Positions 11,413-23,804 of a stretch of DNA of 64,000 nucleotides are shown here, piece by piece. The position numbers and the translations under genes are program-made. The notes beneath the pieces were generated by a model. The model did no database searches and was not told the DNA's origin. It worked only from the letters and a program-made list of their open reading frames with translations. Within the stretch, counting starts at the first letter, position 1; each line of letters opens with the position of its first letter. The DNA is from Adineta vaga (taxonomy: Eukaryota > Animalia > Rotifera), in the NCBI GenBank assembly GCA_021613535.1, contig CP075493.1:14818001-14882000 (forward strand), given 5' to 3'.

Positions 11413-12833
11413 ATGAAGGTAAGATGTTTTTCGTTTAGCAATACTCTCATACATACCAACGCCGTAAATCTTCTTTTTTTCTTTGCTCTAGTTCATTGTT
11501 TTCTTTCTCTTGTTTGGTACGATTGTAAGTGATTTATCTTTGGAATGGGATAGCTTCAAACGTGATTATAGCAAACAATACAGAACAGTTGCTGAAGAAA
11601 ATGAACGTCAACAAATATTCGTGGAGAATGTTAATCGAATGCGTTCTTACCAACGAACTCATCCTGATGCAACATTCACAATGGCTATCAATCATCTCAT
11701 GGATCGACGTATTGAAGTAATTTCTAGTTACAGATTTCAATGGATAGTATAGTCTAAATATATTACAGGAACTTGCATCAGGACCAAAATTTCCTCTTGG
11801 ATTTCATTCAGTATCATCCAAAAGCTCTGTTGATGTGAAAAGCTTTCCTGAATCACTCGATTGGCGCACAAAAAATGTAATTTCATCTGTCTTCTTGGAT
11901 AAAATCGGAGTAGACGTCACAGCTGTTGTCAGCACCGGTAAATGAAAATAAAGATTAGATACATTATTTATCTTTCATGTGACAGAACTGGTGGAAACAC
12001 TTCATGCTATTGAAACTGGCAATCTTATCAAAGGCAGCAGTTCACGAGTACTTGATTGTTGTCCACAACCAATTGATGCTTTTGAATGTATAAAAAACAT
12101 GAGTGGTATTTGTCGTGACAGTGACTATCCAACTCCTCTTGGTTCTTGTGAACCGAATAAATGTCAACCATTTACTACAGTGAGTGATACTTTGTTATGG
12201 AGGATATGAATGTATTAAAGCATTTCACCAACTTTTTTCTGTACATAAATGATAGTTTGATACAATTATCAGACTCGAAAAATTACATGAAGATCTCATG
12301 GTGGAATTGATGCAAGAGTCTACATTGTGGGCAGAAATCAACCTTGCGGGAGAAGGTTTTCAAACATATACGAAAGGTATGAAAATGAATTTCGATGTAT
12401 AATTTTCGATCATTTTTCTTCGCCTTTCAGGTATTTATGATGAACCTTCATGTTCACAAGGATCAATAGATTATGTGGTAAAACAAACAATGAATAGTGT
12501 GATCTTGTGTATTTATTAATACAATATTTCATTTTCAGGTACAAATTGTTGGTTATGGTGTCGAAGAGGGTAAACCATACTGGATATGCAAAAATAGTTG
12601 GGGTAAGTCTTACTTCAAGATATGTTTATTTTCATTTTGTGTGCTCATTCTAGGAGGAGAATTGGGGTGAAAACGGCTACTTTCGTATAGCACGTGGTAA
12701 AAATATGTGCCATATAGCTGAAGTAGTCATACAAGTAGCGAATAAACCCAAAGGTGATGGTGCACGACAATATACATTTGTTTCTATTCCCTTTGTCCTT
12801 ATATTAACAATTATTTCTCGAATGATCAGCTGA
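11413..12833 (+). CDS. Papain/cathepsin-L-like (C1A) pseudoprotease with I29 prodomain and GPI-like tail
   Basis: Multi-exon model: MK|FIVFFLLFGTIVS signal, EENERQQIFVENV (ERFNIN-like), [44 protein letters not shown]. The QxxCGSCW motif is replaced by DKIGVDVTA and the catalytic His position reads SIDYVV. Hydrophobic C-terminus. Confidence 0.88.
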
Positions 12834-12883
12834 TTGCAATTAGATTTGTTTTTTATCTTTAAATTTTTCTACAATTAATAAAT

Positions 12884-12911
12884 GAGGGTGTGGGTTGATT
12901 GAATATTCACA
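12884..12911. repeat. Telomere-like cassette variant (28 bp identical to 32542-32569)
   Basis: GAGGGTGTGGGTTGATTGAATATTCACA lies directly after an AATAAA, between the convergent cathepsin and F-box 3' ends. Confidence 0.75.
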
Positions 12912-12928
12912 CATTCAAATATATTTAT

Positions 12929-14806
12929 TTAACAATCATTATTCCACCACAAGTAATATTTTCCGTCAACATATTTTGTTGAATAATCATCAAAAACTTC
13001 TCGTGATTTAATCAGATTTTCCCATTCTTCGATCCACTTTGGACTTGCGCGAAAAATACACAAGGCAAATAGATAACGAGTAGCTTCTTTGATTTCTGAT
13101 AATAGGTAATAAACAGTTGCATCAAGAGATCGACAAGAATTCCCGAATGAAATGAATTGTACTCGAGGGCAAAGATTAACTAATACTTCCATCATCTTCT
13201 TTGTATACTCATGTGTAATAATAATCTTTTTTATTTGGTTTTGTTTCGATACGAATCGAAAAGTTTCACTCTCTTGTATTGATAACAAATCATTGGGAGT
13301 ATCACGTAGATGTACCCATGTTAATGTATGAATATTAGGTGTAAATCGTAGTAGATTGATTAATATACCTAATTCTGAATAGATATTATTCATATTCAAT
13401 GTAGTAAGTCGTGTCAAAAGAACAGTGCGATGAAGGCTATCAATTAATTGTTCATCATGACCAACAATACATTTTTTGGAGAAAGTGAGTTCTGTTACAT
13501 GTGGTAAATATTTTGAAGACTTATTAAACAGATTTATATCTTCGATCGATATGTGTTGAACTAAATCACGGCAAGCTTTGTCATAACATTTACATTTGGC
13601 GGTATGTGATTCTTCACTGAATTTAAAGTAGTTTTTTCTACAAAATCAAAAAATGAAATTAGAAATCATCCATTAAAAGCTTTACCTATGTGGACGAAGA
13701 GAACAAAATATTTCATGCAAATACTCTTCAGACATCGGCACATGACTAAAGCATCGTTGTCGAATTTGTGGTAATGATGATATATAAGGATCATAAATAG
13801 AATGATAAATGTGTCTAGTATCATCACAAAGTCCTGATGTTGTCTGTTGTACATCAACAACGTGTAAATGTCGTATATAAGGTAAAATAGATTGTTCCCA
13901 TGTATCAAAATGAGTCGAATAGTGTGCTGATGAAACATGTAAGACTTTAATGTTCCGAGAATAGTTTTTGAGAAATTCTTTAATACTTTCTTTATTTGAC
14001 GGAAGATTTCCTGCAATAGAAATATGTGTCGAATTATTTAATATCATGAGAAATATGACCGCTTCTGTTAAGCAATATTCATGTCGATATGTTATTGATA
14101 AACGACGAATTTTTGGAATACATGATAAAATAATTTTAACTTCATCAAGATCAGCATTATCAATAATAACAAGATGTTCAATAGAATTTGAGATATTAGA
14201 AGATAAAGATACTGATCCTAGTGGAACATTAGTTTCAAAACTAATTTTACAATATTTTAACGTTGATAATTGAAAGATTTGATTATAGATAGTCATTTTA
14301 TGTGAACCATAACCAACACGAATGGATAATGATGATAGATTCGGTAAAGAAGATAAATCAGCAAGAAGATGCTCAAGACATGTTGATTCCATTCTCTGGA
14401 GAAAAAGTGATCGTAGTTGAAAACATTTTGAGATATTTTCGAATAAAGAAGTAAAGAAATCCATGATAAATATATCGGATAAATGAAGAGATTTGATTTG
14501 ATGTTTATGCTGTAGAATGAATTGATTATAATAATTTTGAAATGTTGTTTTAGGTAATGATGAAATATTCATTTCAATTGAAAGATTTACATGCGTACAG
14601 AGATTTTGATATCGTGTATTAAGATTGAAAAAACCTTGATAAATGTGATAAACATCAAGATATTCAAATATTTCATAGATAAGTTCATTGGAAAGATCTT
14701 CGAAGGATGTTTCTGAATCAGAAGTTCGTTGTGATTTCTCTATTTCACCATTATGATTATCACAGTTATCTGTCGAGTTAGATCGTTGTCGTTTCTTACC
14801 ATTCAT
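12929..14806 (-). CDS. F-box / leucine-rich-repeat-like protein, 2 exons
   Basis: F-box motif SFEDLSNELIYEIFEYL, followed by LxxLxL repeats (LRSLFL, LSSLSI, LKYCKI, LTTLNM). Intron 13638-13685 joins the two ORFs. Basic N-terminal KKRQRS. Confidence 0.85.
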
Positions 14807-15061
14807 ATTGAAATGAAATGATTTATCAATGTGTATAAGATGTGAACCAAAGTAATTGTCCCATCGATCTTTGCTAGTAGTGATGATATACGTAGATTTC
14901 ATATGTTTACGCAATTACATTGTGATATTTTTGTCACCTAGAACATAGAAAAGAGAACAAAAATCTTTCATAAAAGTCGAAGAACACGTGTCTTACAAGA
15001 TCAACGACGAGAAAAATGATTTTATCATTGACAAATAGACCAATCAAAAAATTCAAAAATC

Positions 15062-15129
15062 TTGAGGATGTGCGTGTGGGTGCGTTCATATAAGAAAATG
15101 AACTTAATCAAACTCACCCTCAACACGTC
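15062..15129. repeat. Head-to-head telomere-like cassette, degenerate inverted copy
   Basis: GAGGATGTGCGTGTGGGTG matches the reverse complement of the conserved right arm at 17/19 positions. The other end, ATCAAACTCACCCTCAACACGTC, resembles the reverse complement of 23801-23825. Confidence 0.65.
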
Positions 15130-15246
15130 ACGATCCTAAGGCATCAATGTTTCTTCAGTAAAATAGAAATTATACAAAGTATGCCAAGTGATATTATTGA
15201 TTTATTGAAGACTAAATATCATTCAATTTTCATGTTAGTCGAGGTT

Positions 15247-18200
15247 TTATTTCACAGAAGTTAGCTCGTCTTCGATACGCTCAATCCAATTTATATCACG
15301 AAGAATTTCAGGGTGTTCCGACGAAAAAATTTTAATATGAATATTATATGCTTTTTTTATATAATTTAAGGCTTCTACCATTTTATCCTGACCGTACAGA
15401 ACTGCTGCTAAGTTAGAATAAACTGTAGCTACTTCCAGATGATCGTCTGGAAGAAAAGTTAACTTGATTTGAAGCGTTTTGTTCAGATACTCAATTGCTT
15501 GTTCATAATCACCAAGAGCACAATAAATTAATGAAATATTATTGTAAGTTGTAGCAAGATCAGGATGATTAGGGGAAAGAACATTCAATTGTATTTCCAG
15601 AGCTTTACTATAGAATTCTGCTGCTTCTTCTAATAGTCCTTTATTATAATATGCAAGCCCAAAATTATTGTAAGTTACAGCTAAGGATGGATGATTTGGC
15701 TGAAGATTATTGAGTTGAATTTCAAGTGATTTGTTTAAATATTCAATCGTCTTTTCGTAATCACCCTGAGTGAAATAAACTTGTGATATATTAACATAAC
15801 ATGCAGCAATATCTGGATGATCCAAGCGAAGAAATTTCAGTTGAATTTCAAGACATTTCTCATACAATTCTAGGGCCTCTTCGACCTTACCTTGTTTGTA
15901 ATATACGGTACCAAGTTGATTGTATTTGGCTGCAAAACTGGGATTAACATGTAAGTTGGAATTCTCTATTACTACGAGAGCTTTCTCTACATACTCAATT
16001 GCTTTCTCATATTCTCCAAGCGAATCGTACACTAGTGAAATGTCAGCATATAATAGTGCAAACGACGTATGATTAATCGGAAGAACTTTTACCCATATGT
16101 TTAAAGCTCTTTCAAACATTTCCAATGCATTTCGAAATTTAGCTTGATTATAATATGCCAGTCCCAAATTGCGGTAAATTGGTGCAAAATCTGGATGATC
16201 TTGTGAATCACTTGACTTCATTCGTATCTGGCATGCTTTGTTCAAGTATTCTATTGCTTTATTATTGTTACCATTTTTACTGTAAACTGATGAGATATTA
16301 CTGTAACATAATGCTACGTGAGGATGGTTAGATGAGAAAGCTATTAGCCAAATCTGTAGAGCTTTTTCGTATAATATTAGTGCTTCTTCTAAATTACCTT
16401 GTTCCTGTGAAAGTGATGCTAAATTATTGTAAGTTGCTGCTATGTTTGGATGATTTAATGGTAGTGAATGTAGCTCAATTTGCAGCGCTTTATCGAAATA
16501 TTCAACTGCTTTAGTAAAATTCCCAAATTCTTCATAAATTGTAGCAATATTGTTGTACGTCCAGGCAATATCTGGATGATCAACTGGTAAAACTTTAAGT
16601 TGAATTTCAAGAGATTTCTCGTATGTTTCGCAAGCTTCTTTGAGTTTACCTTGTTTATGATACGATTGACCCAAATTATTATATATAATGGACAATGATA
16701 GATGATCGGACGGAAGTGAAATAGAATGATTTTTAAATGCTTTCTCTAAGTAATGAATTGCTTTTTCATACTGACCAAGTCCACTGAAAACTTGTGAAAC
16801 ATTTATCAGAGATGTTCCTAGATCCGGATGATTAACTGGTAAAATCTTGAGTCTAATTTCGACAGATTTTTCCAACATTTCTATTGCCTCAGTGTAATGT
16901 TTTTGTATGTTACAAACATTTCCAATGTTACTGTAATAAGCTGCAATATCTCTTTGATTCGGATTGTTCATATTGAGCTCAGTTTGTATTGCTTTCCTAT
17001 AATATCGGTACGCTTCTTCATATTTGCCTTGATCACTATAAACGCTCCCTAGATTATTGTATATAGTTGCTACGAAACTCTCTGTTTCAGACGAATATTT
17101 TAACTTAGTTTCAAGTGCTTTTTCAAAAAATTCGATTGCTTTCTCATAATGACTCATTGTTTGATAGACAGATCCAAGATTGTTAAATATGCTTATTAAA
17201 TTAATCGAATTGCTTGTAAATGTTGGATCATCAAATAATTTCAGATAGTATTGTTCAGCTTTTTTATTACTACCCATTCCTATCAATAATCGTGCTAAAC
17301 TCTCAAGCGGATTCAGTTGTATTATATCACTTTTGATAAATTCAGCCAGTGTTTGAAGTTCTTTGTCTTCATCATCTGTAAGTTTAAGTAAGACATTCCA
17401 GTAATCACCGTTTTCGCTTAGGTATACTGATAATATTTTGTACACGGATCCCATCGTAAACAAAACTTCACCTTCTACAGCATCAAATGCACTTTCCGAG
17501 CTTATACATGCGTAAGGAAATTTATTGACGTGTTGATCTATATCGATTTGAAACAAAACGCTTTGTTCTGCAGTTGTTTCGCTGCTACTACGAGTACCAG
17601 TATATATTTCACGAGCCAAATTTTTATGAATAGTTGTTGATAAAAAGCTACTTACAGAGAAAAAGCCATTGATATTACATCGAATTTTTTTATCGAATTC
17701 TGCATTATTCATTAGTTGTCCTCGATAAACTGTCATAATTTGTTGATTATCTACTTCTATAGTTGTCGTATTATCATTCGTGACGGATGTTGCTGTTCTT
17801 GCTAACTGTTGTTGTTTGTTATGACGCTCTTTGAGCTGAAAATGAAGATCTTTGATAAAATATCGTAAAGAATAGAGTGTATCTATGTCTTGTTCTCTCA
17901 ATGCCTTGTTCAATAGACGATAGAGAAAAGTATCACGTGTATACCAGAAGATTGCATTGATTGGATCATAATAGTCTTTAAATTCATCGACGGTATTCAT
18001 ATCTGCATCATTATCAGAACATTTTTGACGAAAATATCCAATAATTTCTTCTTCTGTTGATTTAATGTCAATCAAAATGTCTCGGGAAAGCACTGCATAC
18101 ATGAATTCGGCTTCTTGACGTCTCCTTGTGTCTATAGGAGATTGTGATGATGAAAGTTGGCCAATCGCAATAGAATTTAATAGTGTAGAAAGAGGATCGG

Positions 18201-18822
18201 TACGTACCTCCGATAGGATATTGAAATCCATATGACCAAGCCATGTTCTGGTTTTTTTCTGTAAATACGGTGGTAGTTGACATAGATGAGAACAGAGTAG
18301 TTCTAGATCCGTATAAATCCTATAAGGTGTTGTAGTCGATGCCGCTGAGATCGTGGCTGCGACAGTGTCAATAAGACGACTTTCATTTTGATCTCCCCAC
18401 CAGAACATAAGAGCACCTTCGTTACTCAACGAGACGGTTTTTTCACTCGCTATGTACCAGAAATTTCTCGATAGTAATGTATGTAAAACAAGAAAGATTT
18501 TTATAGCCACATTAGTAATTGTCCATGTAAGTCGGCGATAATTCAAATATAGAACGTAGAGTGAATCGATTTGCAAAAATTCTGCAGTTTGTTGTAGAAA
18601 TGTTCTGAAAAATTGACATGTTCTTGAAATTGAAATAATGACAATTACTTTATTGTCATTGTCATTCAAACTTCTTACATAATTAATACATTTATCAACG
18701 TCCCGGAATGTAATCAAGTACGGATCGATCTTGCACAAAGATAGATGAACAGCACTTTTACTTTTTGATGAATAATGTTTGTACGTAAGATCGAGCCATA
18801 TTGTATGAAACGCTTTTGTCAT
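15247..18822 (-). CDS. Receiver-like + NAD:arginine ADP-ribosyltransferase (R-S-E type) + long TPR array protein
   Basis: Single ORF with IWLD N-terminal domain, AIFWYTRDTFLYRLLNKALR, VYRGQ, SFLSTT and EGEVLF motifs, then about 16 42-aa TPRs of the form HPDIAxxYNNIxxxY. Confidence 0.92.
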   Translation of the reverse strand: MTKAFHTIWLDLTYKHYSSKSKSAVHLSLCKIDPYLITFRDVDKCINYVRSLNDNDNKVIVIISISRTCQFFRTFLQQTAEFLQIDSLYVLYLNYRRLTWTITNVAIKIFLVLHTLLSRNFWYIASEKTVSLSNEGALMFWWGDQNESRLIDTVAATISAASTTTPYRIYTDLELLCSHLCQLPPYLQKKTRTWLGHMDFNILSEVRTDPLSTLLNSIAIGQLSSSQSPIDTRRRQEAEFMYAVLSRDILIDIKSTEEEIIGYFRQKCSDNDADMNTVDEFKDYYDPINAIFWYTRDTFLYRLLNKALREQDIDTLYSLRYFIKDLHFQLKERHNKQQQLARTATSVTNDNTTTIEVDNQQIMTVYRGQLMNNAEFDKKIRCNINGFFSVSSFLSTTIHKNLAREIYTGTRSSSETTAEQSVLFQIDIDQHVNKFPYACISSESAFDAVEGEVLFTMGSVYKILSVYLSENGDYWNVLLKLTDDEDKELQTLAEFIKSDIIQLNPLESLARLLIGMGSNKKAEQYYLKLFDDPTFTSNSINLISIFNNLGSVYQTMSHYEKAIEFFEKALETKLKYSSETESFVATIYNNLGSVYSDQGKYEEAYRYYRKAIQTELNMNNPNQRDIAAYYSNIGNVCNIQKHYTEAIEMLEKSVEIRLKILPVNHPDLGTSLINVSQVFSGLGQYEKAIHYLEKAFKNHSISLPSDHLSLSIIYNNLGQSYHKQGKLKEACETYEKSLEIQLKVLPVDHPDIAWTYNNIATIYEEFGNFTKAVEYFDKALQIELHSLPLNHPNIAATYNNLASLSQEQGNLEEALILYEKALQIWLIAFSSNHPHVALCYSNISSVYSKNGNNNKAIEYLNKACQIRMKSSDSQDHPDFAPIYRNLGLAYYNQAKFRNALEMFERALNIWVKVLPINHTSFALLYADISLVYDSLGEYEKAIEYVEKALVVIENSNLHVNPSFAAKYNQLGTVYYKQGKVEEALELYEKCLEIQLKFLRLDHPDIAACYVNISQVYFTQGDYEKTIEYLNKSLEIQLNNLQPNHPSLAVTYNNFGLAYYNKGLLEEAAEFYSKALEIQLNVLSPNHPDLATTYNNISLIYCALGDYEQAIEYLNKTLQIKLTFLPDDHLEVATVYSNLAAVLYGQDKMVEALNYIKKAYNIHIKIFSSEHPEILRDINWIERIEDELTSVK

Positions 18823-19288
18823 TGTCAATTATCAAAATGTATTTATGTTTTGATAAAGGTTCAGACTAAAATAATTCATCTTGGTTTTTTCCAAGTATAG
18901 AAAACAAATATGAGGAGTAAAGAATGAAAAGCGTTTGTTTCTGATTGTTAACAGAAAAACATAATCAAAACTCATGCAGTAGTTTTATTAACATTTGTAA
19001 CAGAACAGAAAAAGAATATAGTGTATGAGACATACACTTTTCAGTGATTCACATTCAAACCAACGTATAAAATTATGATTCTCTTGAAATATACCGAAAA
19101 ACAAACTTGAATAGTAGGAATTACTCAATTTGCCTTCATTGCTCAACATAACGTTTTTTTTCTTTTTCTTTCCTTATCGTATTACTATATTTTTCTCTGA
19201 AAGAATGAATCATGGCCATAAGTTGGTCTATAAAAGAGCGACGCAACGACACATTTATTCATTTTTACATTTGCACAGCAGTGGTAGT

Positions 19289-21806
19289 ATGCTTCGCATT
19301 ACACATGAGAAAATAAATGATTGTCGGGAACAATTACAATATGTTCCTTTAAAGAAAGTAAATATTCGAGCTCATATTCATACATTTGTAGCCGATGTAA
19401 CTATAACACAAATATTTCGAAATGATGAACAGACACCAATCGAAGCAGTTTATTGTTTTCCAATTGAAGAAAAAGCAGCTATCTATTCATTTGTAGCTCG
19501 TATTGATGATCGTGAAATAATTTCTCAATTGAAAGAAAAGAAACAGGCACAGAAAGAATATAATAATGCTTTACAACAAGATCACGGAGCTTATTTGCTA
19601 GAACAAGATGAAAACTCACAAGATTGCTTTATTGTAAACATTGGAGCGTTAAATCCATCAACAGAATGTACTATTACAATCACTTATGTTACCGAATTAG
19701 AATTTGTTCATGGATCGATTATAGAATTTGTTCTTCCAACAACTATTGCACCACGTTATAATCCTGATAATGGTGATATTTCATTACCAGTAAATACAAC
19801 TTGTAATTATGTTCAGTCAAGTTCATATACAATTGAATTGACTTGTCATGTTGATAAAATAGGTGATTCTAATCAACAACAAATTGCTCGTATAAACTCA
19901 ACTTCACATCCAATTGAAGTTGACATGACACAACAAGATGCTTATGTGGTTACATTCGCTCAAGAAAATACTTATTTAGATCGAGATATATTAATTAATA
20001 TTGTACTAGTTGAACAGCATGAAAATGCATTTGTTGCGATCGAACAAAATGCTTTGATGGTTACGTTTACTCCCAATGAACAAGATTGTCATTATCGTTA
20101 TGTGAACAATGAATTTATATTTATTATTGATTGTAGTGGATCAATGAGTGATGAAAATAAGATTGAACTTGCTCGACAAGCGATGTTAATATTTCTAAAA
20201 AGTCTTCCTACTAATTGTCATTTCAATATTATTCGATTTGGATCTAATTATCAATCTCTTTTCGACGAGATCACCGCAATTTACAACGAAGAAAATGTCC
20301 AGCTAGCCGAACAACTTATTAATCGGATGCAGGCTGATTTAGGTGGTACGGAATTGGTAAGTGCTTTTTTGTACAAAGATCTTTCCTCTATATGAATTTA
20401 CTTTGTATGTTAATATAGCTTCAACCATTACAATGGCTGGAACAATATCCACCGAGTGCAGATCGCGCTCGTCAAGTTTTTCTCTTAACTGATGGTGAAA
20501 TTAGTAATGTTTCCGAAGTACTTGCTCTATGTCGTTCAATGGTATCGTCAACTAGAATCTTTTCATTTGGCTTAGGCCATTCGCCTAGTCGAGCTTTAGT
20601 CAAAGGTCTTGCTCGAACAACCAATGGCCGATTCGTTTTTATTCCACCAAAAACGAATGTTGATATTTATGTTGGTGAACAATTACAGAAGGCTCTTCAA
20701 CCATGTATTACGAATATTCATGTTAAATGGAATTTAGAAAGTAATATACAAACTGTTCCAACTCGATTACCTCCTATCTATGCTAATGATCGACTTATTG
20801 TTTATGGCATGCTCGATAAAAGCGATGAAAAAATTTCGATCAATCATAATTCTTCTGTTGAACTACTGAGCGAACCAGATCAACATCGATTGTTCATGAC
20901 TCAAATCAATCGAACATTTAGTGTAAATCATAATGTAACAGTTGCTCGTCTTGCTGCTAAAGCACTTATTCTCGAATTACAATTTGAGAAAACTATTCAT
21001 GATGTAAATGAACAATTGGATAATATGACTACATCAGTAGATAGAACCACTGAAAAAGCGGCAAGTAGGAAGAAACGTATTATCGATCTATCCCTTGAAT
21101 ACAACATCTTAAGTCCATACACTGCCTTTATCGGTATAGAAAAACGAACGAACATGAGCAATGCTGAAATGGTTCTTCGTGAAGTACCTATTCAAATTTC
21201 GACTGATGATCGGCATCTTCATGTCCATCAGCCTTTATCGTGCCCTAGTCCATCTATCCATTGTGGATTTTCCCCCCTTGCTAGGTGCCAAAGAATTGCT
21301 GCAACAGGACATTCGCCAAGCTATGAGGCTTCATCGCCAGGCTATGCGTCTGCATCGCCAAGTTATGAGCCTACATCGCGACAGGCTATGTGCCTACATC
21401 GCCAAGCTATGCACCTACATCGCCAGACGATGAGACGGAGACATGCAAGAAGAGAAAAAGATGTGCATTAGAAGAAATATGGCCCAACGACGATCAAGAT
21501 ATCGTTCGTCAGTTAATAATCAAACAAAAATTTAATGGTCTTTGGGATCTGGATATTAAAACTATCGAGAACTTGACCGGAAAGTCATTCGCGACGTTTC
21601 CACTGATCAGCTTTCAAATTGATATGAAAACTCTTATCACAATCATTATAATTTCAATTTTTGAAACACGCTTTTCACCATTTGAATCTCTCTGGCATGG
21701 TGTTGTGCGAAAAGCTCGAACACATTTAACTAATCTGTTCGAAAACGATTCAAATAAACTCGATAGACTACTGGATGAGATTAATAAACAATTATCTAAA
21801 AACTAA
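19289..21806 (+). CDS. VIT + von Willebrand A domain protein (VWA5A/PARP4-C-like), frameshifted at 21380-21381
   Basis: VIT motifs PIEAVYCFP and AQKEYNNAL..GAYLLEQ; MIDAS DCSGS, GGT, LTDGE; intron 20357-20418; SPYTAFIGIE; C-terminal QKFNGLW domain lies in a second frame after a 2-nt insertion. Start codon choice is uncertain. Confidence 0.88.
21313..21426 (+). repeat. 21-bp coding tandem repeat encoding YxPTSPS-like heptads
   Basis: YEASSPG YASASPS YEPTS(PG) YVPTSPS YAPTSPD after removing the GA insertion at 21380-21381. Confidence 0.85.
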
Positions 21807-22054
21807 TTACAATTTATTCTGAAGAAATAAATCTAATATAGATTCACTCTAAATCTGGTTTTATGAAAAATGTCTCTATTATTTTTCTAAACTAGAGGAA
21901 TACGGAGAAGAAATGTGCACTTCTCAACTCGCATCACCTTTACATCATTTGATACATATTGAAATGTTGATCTAGTATATCTTTTTTAGCTTTTCAAAAT
22001 ATATTTTTGATTTAACCAAATAAAATAAGTCCAGGAGTTTATTGATGTAGCAAA

Positions 22055-22413
22055 TCAAACTGTGTAAGTTATTTTTAAATATGGTAGAGCTTGTTTATGA
22101 TCATAAATGACATATTGAGCACATGAAGTCGGTGTTCTTATTACAGAATGACATTGATTTGGAGCACGAACTAAAGTTGTGTCGGCAGCATCTTGTACTG
22201 CCGTATTACTCAACAGTACTTTACTGTAAAATATAACACGAGTTTGATCCGTAGGATTAGCTTTCGTGTAACAATGAGCTTTTCGAGGATTATCAAAGAA
22301 ATAAATACCACGACCTATTTAATAAATAAAAAACTAATGATTAATATGAAATATTGCAGATGATTTTTTACGAACAAATTATTCTCTTTCAATTTCGTCG
22401 CTCCATAGAATAA
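22055..22413 (-). pseudogene. PARP (ARTD) catalytic-domain relic
   Basis: Exon 22314-22055 reads GRGIYFFDNPRKAHCYT...RVIFYSKVLL...PNQCHSV...QYVIYDHKQALPYLKITYTV*, the PARP C-terminal signature. The upstream remnant LFYGATKLKENNLF (degenerate LFHGT...FG) is shortened, preceded by a stop, and has a donor in the wrong phase. Confidence 0.8.
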
Positions 22414-22706
22414 TTAAAAACGCAGACTTCAAGCGAAAATTCTACTTTAGAAAATTTTTATATTCACAGCTGATATCAAACATCTTTATATAATCTTGTA
22501 GAGACTCTCACAATGGATATTTTCATAATAAATAAAATATAGGAAAATTGGTGGAGACTGCATGAAGAAAATTTAAAAATACAAAACTACCCATTTTTTT
22601 CTGGCCCACTCGTTGTATATGTAGTCACTTTTCAGCACACTAAAACGTCAACATGAACTGCTTCACATGGTTTAATTGATAATGTAAAAGATAAGTATAC
22701 ATTTTC

Positions 22707-23457
22707 TTAAGATGGGTCGTATAGTTCAGCATCCTTATTAATGTCATGTCCACCCATAACTAAGACTTTTCCATTTTTTAATGATAACGCTATATGTAAT
22801 TCTCGTTCATAACTCATATTTCCGGTCAAAGTCCAATTTCCAGTTGATGGATTGTACAATTCAGTGGCGTATAAATCAGCGACTCCATCATCGGATCCAC
22901 CGGCGACTAAGACTTGACCATCGAGTAATAAAGATGCTGTATGTTTTAATCGTGGAAAATTCAACCCACCAGTTGCTGTCCAATTTCTAGCTAATGGATC
23001 ATACAATTCACACGTAATTCTTCAAAAGGTATCATTAATGTATATAAAATTGCTTTTCTTCTGATAATATTTGACATACCCGGTAATAAAGAATCCACCA
23101 ACAGCTAATACTCGACCGTCTAATAAAACTGCCACAGCATGCAATACTCGTGCCTGATTCAATTTACCGGTCATAGACCATTCTAAAGGAAATCCTAAAA
23201 TGAAATCATATGTGCCCTTAAGTCTTACTTGGTTTCTTGGGAGTAATTATAGTCGTTGTTATTGTTGATGTGGACGACAATGGAGTTGTTGTAGTTGATA
23301 TTGGTTTAAGAATAACAAATTTAAGTAGAAGAGAAAGAGTAATAATAAAAATGACTGCAATGATAACAGAAATAATGATAATCAAACGATGTCTGAAAAA
23401 GTTCGATATTGATTTCTTTGTATCAACAATTTCAAATTGTTCTCGATCTTTGTGCAT
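22707..23457 (-). CDS. Type II membrane protein with Thr-rich stalk and ~3 kelch/galactose-oxidase repeats
   Basis: TM helix LIIIISVIIAVIFIITLSLLLKF, poly-Thr stalk, and repeats WxxTGxLNxxRxxHxAxLLLDGxVLVAGG...ELYDP across 3 exons that join in frame. Confidence 0.8.
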
Positions 23458-23804
23458 TTTTTATCAATTTAAAACTGAAAAAGAATACTAAGTATTTTGT
23501 TTTAGATATACAAAAAGGTGCGATGATATTCTTATCATCTTTCAATGTTCTATTGTCTACAAGATAAATTTAGAACAGATTGATGTTTTTCTTTTCAATG
23601 AAATAAAGCACGAAGATTATATGATCAAGCATATAAATGAATGATTCGAAGTAATTCAAATTGATTTCATTGGCTCTTATTATTGACTACAAGAAATATC
23701 ATTAAATTAAAGGATTATTTTTCAAAGAAAATGTATTTAATTCTAGATTAGACAATCCATATTAAAAGGTGTAACAATTCTTTGGCTTTCAAATCAAATC
23801 GTCG

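Noticed and set aside
16332-16514. Short antisense or alternate-frame ORFs inside long genes (also 29767-30039, 43897-44130, 58842-59111 and similar)
   Set aside because: Shadow ORFs of real coding sequence with no independent evidence.
22560-22620. Possible DNA-transposon terminus (ctggcccactcgttgtata)
   Set aside because: Solo end only; cannot be supported without a repeat library.
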